This document shows, in pieces, positions 33,901 through 42,900 of a DNA stretch of 44,252 bases. The position numbers were made by a program, and so were the translations under genes. How positions within the stretch are numbered: position 1 is the first letter of the stretch; every line of letters starts with the position of its first letter. The stretch is from contig DASVHB010000067.1 of the NCBI GenBank assembly GCA_036379195.1, positions 1 to 44,252 on the forward strand. The letters are read 5' to 3'. The notes beneath the pieces were generated by a model that searched no databases, was not told the DNA's origin, and saw nothing but the letters and a program-made list of their open reading frames with translations. The stretch comes from Pirellulales bacterium (GTDB lineage Bacteria > Planctomycetota > Planctomycetia > Pirellulales > JAICIG01).

Positions 33901-36900
33901 GGCGGGATAGAGCCGGGTGGTATCGTTGCCGGCAAGGGCGATCTGCCGCAACTCGTCGCGGCTGAGCAGTTCGATCTCATCGATCGGCGCGCCGGGCCGG
34001 TTGACGATCGAAGTGAGGAGCGTCTGAAAATGATTCGCCCAGCGGACCATCGTCTCGCGATCGAACAAATCGCTGTTGTATTGCCAGAGAGCCTCAATCG
34101 ACTCGCCCGTTTCGCGGAGCGAAAGCGTGAGATCGAACGGCGCCGCGCCGCTGGCCACATGCACCGGACGAAGCGATAGCTCAGCAAACGTCCGCTCCGG
34201 CAACGGCGAGTTTTGCAGCGCAAACATCACCTGGAAGAGCGGACCGCGGTCCAGTTCACGCTTGGGCTGCAAGCGATCGACGAGTTTTTCCAACGGAAGC
34301 TGCTGATGCGCGAACGCCGCCAGCGTGGTTTGCTTGACGCGCTCCAGAAGTGTCTCAAAGGTGCTCGTTCCGCCATCCGCCAGATCGACGGGCAAGACAA
34401 GCGTATTGACGAACAGGCCGATCAGATGTTCCAACTCGGGCCGCGTTCGTCCGGCGACTGGCGTGCCGAGACAAAATCGCTCCTGCCCCGATAAACGCCC
34501 CAACAGCAGCTCAAACCCCGCCAGCAAGGTCATGTAGAGCGTGGCCTCGCCGCGCCGGGCCAGGCGCCGCAAGTCATTGACCAGCGTGGCCGGTAAGGTC
34601 GAGACGACTTCACCCCCACGGCCACTGGCCGCGGCGGGGCGAGGCCGATCGGCCGGAAGCTCCAGCGCCCGCGGCATATCGCGCAGCGCCGCTTCCCAAA
34701 ACTCGAGGTCACTCTCTAAGGCGCCACCGTCGAGTGCTTGCCGCTGCCACACGGCATAGTCGGCATAGCGCACCGACAATGGAGCAAGCTCCGCGGTGCC
34801 GCCACGGCACCGCGCCTGATAGAGCGCTGCCAGCTCGCCGACCAAAATGCCGAGCGACCAACCGTCGGCGACGATGTGATGCAGCACCAGCACCAGGGCG
34901 TGCCTCCGTTCGTTCATGCGCAGTAGGCGCGCCCGCAACAGCGGCGGCGCGGCCAAATCGAAGGGCCTACGAGCCTCGACCCCCGCCAGCCGTTCCAACT
35001 CGGCAGTCTGCGCTTCGTCGGGCAAATCACGCAAATCAGACACCGGCAAATCGATCGTCAGAGGCGCAATCGCTTCTTGCACCAGACCATGGGCACGCTG
35101 CTCAAACCGCGTTCGCAGGATTTCATGGCGGTCGATCAGTTGCTGCAGTGCTGCCTGTAAAGCGTGTGCATCCAACGATCCGTCGAGCATGGCCGCCGCC
35201 GCGATGTTGTACATCGGGCTGGCGGGCGCCAGTTGGTTCAGAAAATAGAGCCGTTCCTGAGCGAACGAAAGCGGCCAGGGCGAGTCGTGCGCGGCGCCGG
35301 CGATCGGGCCAGACGCCGCACCCAGTTGTTGCTCGGCGCCCGCTTCGAGCCACGCCGCCAGCGACGCAATCGTCGGCGTCTCGAACAATCGCCGCAATGG
35401 CAGATCAATTTGGAACTGATCGCGCACCCGTGCCGTCACACGCATGGCGAGCAGCGAATGGCCGCCCAGGTCGAAGAAGTTGTCGTCGATGCCGACGTGC
35501 TCGACGCCCAGCAGCTCCTGCCAGATGGCGGTCAAGGCAGCTTCGGTCTCGGTCCGCGGGCTTCGGTGAGAGTCGGCAAGTGGCTCGCCAAGTCGCGCAA
35601 ACTGGGTGCTGACGTCGCCAACGCGGGCGGCAAGCGCCGAGCGGTCGAGCTTGCCGTGTGGCGAAAGTGGCAGAGTGGCGAGTTCGATGAACGAGGCCGG
35701 AATCATGTAGCCGGGCAAAACATCTTCCAGCCAGCTCCGCAGCGCTGGTATGTCGAGCGAACCCATGGCGCCAGCCGGCGAGTTGCCCTCGATCGAACTG
35801 CCTGGCACGATGAACGCGATCAAACGGTTCCCGCCCGAGGCATCTGGACAAGCCACCACCGCCGCCTGGCAGATCTGCGGATGCCGAAGCAATTGCGATT
35901 CGATCTCGGCCGGTTCGATCCGGAAACCGCGCAGCTTTACCTGTTGGTCGAGCCGGCCTAAGAACTCCAGCAGGCCATCGGCCCGCCACCGCGCGCGGTC
36001 GCCGGTTTTGTAAAGCCTCGCCTTGACCGTGATAAACCGTTCGGCGGTCAGTTCGGGCAGTTTCCAATACTCGCGGGCCAGGCCGTCGCCGCCTAGATAC
36101 AATTCGCCCGGCACTCCGACGGGCGCCGGCTGCAAGTTTTCGTCGAGCACGTAGGCTTGGGTATTGTCGATCGGCCGGCCGATAGGCACCGAACCATCCA
36201 GCGGATCATCAAGGCCGACTGTGTGGCAGCAAGAGAACGTCGTGCCTTCGGTCGGTCCATAACCGTTGATGAGCGTGCACTCGGGGAACCGCTCGACAAA
36301 CCGTCGGACGCGGCTGGGCGACAGCACATCGCCGCCGGCCAAGAGCCGTCGCACGCCGGCCAGCGATTCGAGGTCTTCATCGACCAGCGCATGAAACAAC
36401 GCGGCCGTCAGCCACAAAACCGTCACGCGATGGTTGTCGATCAGCTTGCCGATCTCTGGCGTGCCGGGCGGGGCGATGGCCAGCGTAGCGCCCCGCGCCA
36501 AGGCGCCCCAGATCTCGAAAGTCGAGGCGTCGAACGAACTCGGCGAAGCGTGCAGAAAGACATCATGGTCGTCGATGGGGCAATAGTTCATGGGCCATAC
36601 CAGCCGGACGATTGCGCGGTGCGGCACCGCGATGCCTTTGGGCCGGCCCGTCGAGCCGGAGGTGTACATGAAGTAAGCCAAGTTCTCCGCCCCGGCCAGG
36701 GGCTGCGGGTCGTCGGACGGCTGAAGGGCGATCTCGTCGGCGGCGAGAGAAAGATCGAGCGATTTTGTATTCTGGATTCTCGATTCTGAATTGTTGCTGA
36801 GGATGAGCGCCGGATCGGCATCGGCGATGATGTCGGCCAAGCGTTGAGCCGGGTTGTCAAGATCGAGCGGAACGTAGCAACCGCCCGCCTTCGAGACAGC

Positions 36901-39900
36901 CAGCAGCGCGACGATCAGCTCGATCGAACGCTCCAACAGCAGGCCGACGCGCGTCTCGGCACCAACGCCCAACGATCGCAGGTAATGCGCGAGCTGGTTT
37001 GCCCGGCGGTTCAATTCGCCGTAGGTCAGCGACTGATTGCCAAAGAGCAGGGCGATGGCTTCGGGGCGCCGCGCGGCCCGCTCGGCAAATAGCTCATGCG
37101 CGCACTGCTCGCGCGGGTAATCGCAGGCGGTTTTATTCCAATCGATCAGCATTTGCCGGCTTTGGTCGGCGGTGAGCAGCGGCAGGCGAGCGATCGACGT
37201 TGTTGGGTCATCGGCGATCGCCTCCAGCATCGTCTGAAAATGTCCGGCCCAGCGGATGACGGTTTCGCGATCCAAAAGGTCGCTGCTGTACTCCCAACTG
37301 GCTTGCAATCCGTCCATGGTTTCGCGCAGCGAAAGCGTTAAATCGACCTTTGCTGCGCCGGTGGTGATCTCCAGCGGGCGAATGCTCATGCCCGGCTCAT
37401 CGAACGCCGGCCATGGTGTGTTTTGCAACGCGAACATCACCTGAAACAGCGGCGTACGCTGAGTGTGTCGCTCGGGCTGAAGATGTTTGACCAGGTATTC
37501 GACCGGTAGTTCCTGGTGGGCGAAGGCGGCGAGAGTGGTTTCTTTGACACGCCGCAGCAGCGCTTCAAAAGTCAGGCCCGTATTCGCGGTTTCACCAACC
37601 GGGGTTTCCGTACCGACTGCATGGTCGCGGAGATCGATAGGCAGGACGAGCGTATTGACGAACAGTCCGATCAGGCTCTCCAGCTCGCGGCGCAAACGCC
37701 CGGCGACGGGTGTTCCCAGACAAAAACGATCCTGGCCGCTCAATCGTCCCAACAGCGTCTCGAACGCCGCGAGCAACGTCATATAGAGCGTCGCATCGTG
37801 TTTGCGGCTCAGTTGTTCGAGACGGTCGACCAGGCGGCGCGGGATGACGGTGGTCCATTGGCCACCCTGCCCGCTGGGTAAGGGCGGTCGCGGACGGTCT
37901 GTCGGAAGCTCCAGCCATTGCGGCACGCCATCGAGCGCCTTCGTCCAGAAATCGAGATTTTTCTGCCGCGCTTCGCTCGCACCGGCGCCGCGTTGCCAGA
38001 CGGCATAATCGGCGTACTGCACGGTCAACGCGGGCGCCGGCAGGTCGCGGCCCGCGGCGTGCGCCTTGTATCCGTCGAGCAACTCGCGCAGCAGCAGACC
38101 GAGCGACCAGCCATCGGCCACCAGGTGATGCAGCACCAGCACAAAGACATGTCGCTCGTCGGCGAGCCGCACCAACTGCGCGCGAGCCACCGGTGCGGCG
38201 CCCAGATCGAACCGCTGGCGTGCGGCGGCCTGTGCCAGCCGTTCGACCTCGTCGCTTTGCTCCGGCGGCGCTAAATGAGCAAGATCAACGATCGGCAGAG
38301 GCAACTCCACCGCGTCGGCGATGGTGTGCACAGGCCGCCCATCGCGCTGGAAAAACCGCGTGCGCAGCGATTCGTGCCGGGCCACAAGCCGCTTCAGGCT
38401 GGCGCGCAAAGCATCGATGTTGAGCAAGCCGGTGAGCTCGACTGCCAGCGGAATGTGGTAGCAGGGACTGTCAGGCTCAAGTTGTTCGAGAAAGAACAAC
38501 CGCTCTTGCGCGAACGACAGGGGCATTTCGTCCTGTCGATCGGCGATCGGAATGGGCCATGCCCAGGTCGGGTCATTGGTGCGCGAATCGCAATCGAGGG
38601 CGGGCGAGTCCGAGTCGATCGCGCGGGCCAGACGCGCAATGGTTGGTTCCTCGAACAATCTGCGCAGCGGTATCTCGGCCCGGAAGCGTTCGCGCAGCCG
38701 GGTCATAAGCTGCATCGCCAGCAGCGAATGTCCGCCCAGATCGAAAAAGTTATCGTCGATGCCCACCCGCTCGACGCCCAGCAGCTCGGCCCATAGATCG
38801 GCCAACGCCGCTTCGGTGCTACTGCGTGGGGCGACATAAGCGTGCAGGGCGACTGCGGCGCCGGTTGGCTGGGGCAGTGCGCGGCGATCGAGCTTGCCAT
38901 GAGGCGTCAATGGCAGCGCGTCGAGCGTCACGAAGGCGGCCGGCAGCATATATTCGGGCAACCGTGCCTTTAGCCAATCGCGCAGCTCGGCGTGGCCATT
39001 CTGTTCGCCGTGTCGTGGCACGATGTAAGCCACCAGGCGTTTGCCGCCCGGGCCGTTCTCGCGGGCCACGACCGCCGCCTCGCGCACATGCGGATGCCGC
39101 GCGAGATGCGTTTCAATCTCACCCAGCTCGATGCGGAAGCCGCGAATCTTGACCTGTTGATCGAGCCGCCCCAGATACTCCAACTCGCCGTTGGCGCGCC
39201 AACGCACGCGGTCGCCAGATCGGTAGAGCCGATGGTCGCCATTCACATCGCGCTCGCGCGTGCTTTCGCGGAGCGAAAGCCGACTTTGCTCAAAAGGGCT
39301 GGCGATGAATCGCTCGGCGGTCAGATCGGGCCGGTTGAGATAACCTCGTGCCAGACCCATCCCGCCGAGGTAGAGCTCGCCCGGCACGCCGATAGGCACC
39401 GGTTGTCTTTGTCCGTCGAGCACGAAAACCCGGCAGCCGGGCAGCGGCCGGCCAATGGGGCTCGCCGCCGGACGCAGCAGGTCTGCGCAGGTCAGCGGCC
39501 GCCAGGTGGAAACGATCGCGGTCTCGGTGATGCCATACATGTTTACCAGCAACGGCTTGGCATCGCCGTGCCGATCGAACCAGCCTGACAACGCGGCAAC
39601 GTCGAGCATTTCGCCCGCCAAGATCACCAGCCGCAAGGCCAGTCGCTCGGCGCCGGCGCCCGCTCGTTCATCGGACTGCATGAGCTGGTTGAACGCGGCG
39701 GGCGTCTGATTGAGCACGGTCACTTGCTCATCGATCAGCAATTGATGAAAGCTGTCGGCCGAGCGGGCGATGGCGCGGGGCACGACGACCAGCCGGCCGC
39801 CAAAGGCCAGCGCGCCCCACAGCTCCCACACCGAAAAGTCGAAGGCGTAGGAATGAAACAACGTCCAGATATCGCCGGGGCCAAAGTCGTAGAGCGGCCC

Positions 39901-42900
39901 GGCCGATTGCATCACGGCGACGACCGCCGCGTGACTGACCATGACGCCCTTGGGCTTGCCTGTCGACCCCGATGTGTATATGACATACGCCAGGCGCTCG
40001 GCATCTGTGATCGGCGGAAGGTTTTCGCAGCCTTGCAACGCGAGTTGATCGTCTGCTTCGTCCAAGCAAACGATCGGTCCAGAGAAATCCCCCAGCCGTT
40101 CGGCGAGTGGTCGCTGCGTGAGCACAAGGGTCGGGCTGGCGTCGGCAAGCATCTCTTGCAGTCGCTCGGCAGGCAAAGCCGGGTCGAGCGGCACATAGGC
40201 CGCGCCTGATTTCAGGGCGCCGAGAATTGCCACTACGGTATCGAGGGAGCGCTCGAGGCAAATGGCGACGAGGACGTCAGATTTTGGATTTTCGATTTTA
40301 GATTTTCGATTTCGACGAAGATGCCACGCGAGCCGGTTCGCTCTTTTATTTAGCTCCCGGTACGAGAGCTTCCGGCCTTCGAACACCACGGCAATGGCGT
40401 CGGGCGTTTGGGCGGCCTGCCGCTCAAACAGCTCGTGCAGGCAGCACGGCATTGTCGCCTTTCGCTCCGCGCAAGTAGCGCCGCTTTCGCGGAGCGAAAG
40501 GCGACTTTGGGCGACGTCCGCTACTTGCGCACGGCAATTTACAGGCCATCGGGTGCTCGACCAGTCCATCAATAGTCTCTGCCGCTCACTCTCTGGCATC
40601 ACGGGCAAACGCGAAACACATTGGGCCGGCTTGGCAACAGCGGCGGCCAGCAACGCCGACCAGTTGGCGATGATTCGGTCGATGGTATCGGCATCGAACA
40701 AATCGGTGCTGTATTCCAGTGTGCCCGCCAGGCGTCCACCGCGGTCGGCGAGGGCGAAGGTGAGATCGTACTTCGCCGCACCAGTGTGGATTTCGTCGAA
40801 CGCAACGCCGGGCACCGACGGCAGCGGCGTGTTCTGCACCACCAAAGCCACTTGGAACAATGGTGAGCGGCTGGCGTCGCGTGTGGCCGCGAATTCCTCG
40901 ACCAGCCGCTCGAACGGCACTTCCTGCTGATCGAACGCGGTCAGCGCAGTTTGCTTGGCGCGCTGCAAGAGCTGCTCGAAGCTCGGATCGTCTGACAGGT
41001 CGGCCCGCAGCGGCAGCATATTCACAAAGAAGCCGACCAGCGGCTCGAATTCGGGCCGAGCGCGATTGGCCGCGGCGGCGCCGAGGCAGAAATCGGTCTG
41101 CCCGGTATAGCGGTGGAGCAGGGCCTGCAGCGACGCCAGCAAAACCACAAACGGAGTGGCGCCGCTGTCGCGGGCAAGCGCCTCGATCTGCGAAGTCAAT
41201 TCGGTCGACAGTTCGATGGGGTGCGTCGCCCCGCGATAAGTCTGCGCAGCGGGCCGCGGCCGATCGGTCGGCAATTCCAGCGGCGGCGGATCGTCTACCA
41301 GTTGCCTCCGCCAATAGACCAATTGTGCTTCCGTCTGGGCTATCGCCTCCGCCGAGCGTTGCCACGTCACATAGTCGAGATATTGGAGGGGCAGTGGCGG
41401 CAGGGGCGGAGGAAGGTCGAGCAACTGGGCTTGATACACCTGCCAAAGCTCGCTCAGCAGCACGCCCATCGACCAGCCGTCGGCGATGATGTGGTGCATC
41501 GCTAACAACAGACGGTGGTCATCGTCGGCTAGTTGCAGCCAGATCACCCGCCATAGAGGGCCTTGCGCCAGATCGAACATGCGACGCGCTTCCGCATCGA
41601 TGTGCTCGCCAGCGATCCGTTGCCGATCTTCCGGCGGCGAATCGCGCAAGTCGATTTCCGCCAGCGTAGGCAATTGCCACGGGTGAATCATCTGAACTGG
41701 GCCGTTTTCGGTGCGGGCGAAGGTGGTGCGCAGCGATTGGTGCCGGTCGGTGATGGCCAGCAGGCTGCGCCACATGGCGTCGCCGTCGAGCGGTCCGGCG
41801 ACTCGAACGGCCACACTCAAGTGGTTGAGAGAGCTTTCCGGCGCCAGCTCGTCCATAAAATACAAACGCTGCTGCGCGAACGAGAGCGGCGCCTGGCTTG
41901 GGCAGTTCGACGTGGCAAGCGGAGTTGTCGCGCGGCTGCATTGTTCGCGCGGCGCCGCATCGATCTCGGCGGCCAGCGACGCGATCGTTGGCGAACGAAA
42001 TAGCGCCGCCAGCGGTAAATCGATCTGCCACTGGCGGCGAACACGGGCGACGAGCTGCGTGGCCAGCAACGATTGGCCGCCATGCTCAAAAAAGTTGTCG
42101 TGAATGCCCCGGGTATCGTTTTGCAGCACTTCGCGCCACAGTTCCAACAGCCGCGCTTCCGTCTCGGTGCGCGGCGCAGCAGGTTGGCCCGCGCCGTCCA
42201 ATGCCGAGTGATGAGTCTCAGCCCGCCACTGGTAGAGCGGCTCAAGCTGCTCCTCAAGAAACAACTGGCGACAGGCGCGGCGCTGCACTTTGTGGCTGGT
42301 GGTGCGCGGCAACGAGCCGGAGCGGATCAGCGCAATGGCAAACGGCGGCACGTCGTGCTCCGACAATACCGCCTGGCGAATCGCGGCGAACACCTCTTCG
42401 AGGTTGGTATTCTTGGGCGTGCGTTTCAGCTCTTGCACGACCACCAGACGCTCTTGGCCTTCCGCGTCGATCGAAAAGGCGGCACCCGCGTCGGACTTCA
42501 GAAGCGCGTGCGCCCGGCCGACGGTGTCTTCGATGTCCTGGGCATAAAGATTACGCCCGCAAATGATGATCTGATCTTTCAATCGCCCGGTGACGAACAG
42601 TTCGCCCGCGTGCAAGAAGCCCAAATCGCCGGTGCGCAGGTAGGGGCCGCGCCCATCGGGTAAGTATGCCCGAAACGCCTGCTCGGTTTCTTGCGGTCGG
42701 TTCCAATAGCCGGAGGCTACGCCGGGACTGCGGACCCAAATCTCGCCGATCTGCCGGGCAGACCGCTCGCTGTGCGAATCGGGATCGACGATCAGCACCT
42801 CAGTGCGGGCCAAACACCGGCCGGAGCTGACCAGCGCGCGTGTCGGTCGGCCGTTGATGCCCACCACCGCCCGGTGTCGCGAGAGGGCGCTGATCTCGAA

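Noticed and set aside
33554-40314. Regularly recurring short repeats and palindromes, considered as a CRISPR array.
   Set aside because: The units are 7-nt tandem tracts or isolated hairpins, separated by kilobases of NRPS coding sequence. There are no 25-40-nt direct repeats with uniform spacers and no cas genes.
32330-40440. Substrate calls for the four A domains from by-eye Stachelhaus positions. A1 has FDFSVWE..NMYGITE. A2 has FDASTFE..INGYGPTE. A3 has FDASVWE..VNAYGPTETTVCAT, which looks GrsA-Phe-like. NRPS-1 has FDVAAEE.
   Set aside because: Only 3-5 of the 10 code positions can be placed without a proper structural alignment. Any amino-acid assignment would be a guess. It should be done with NRPSpredictor2 or SANDPUMA.
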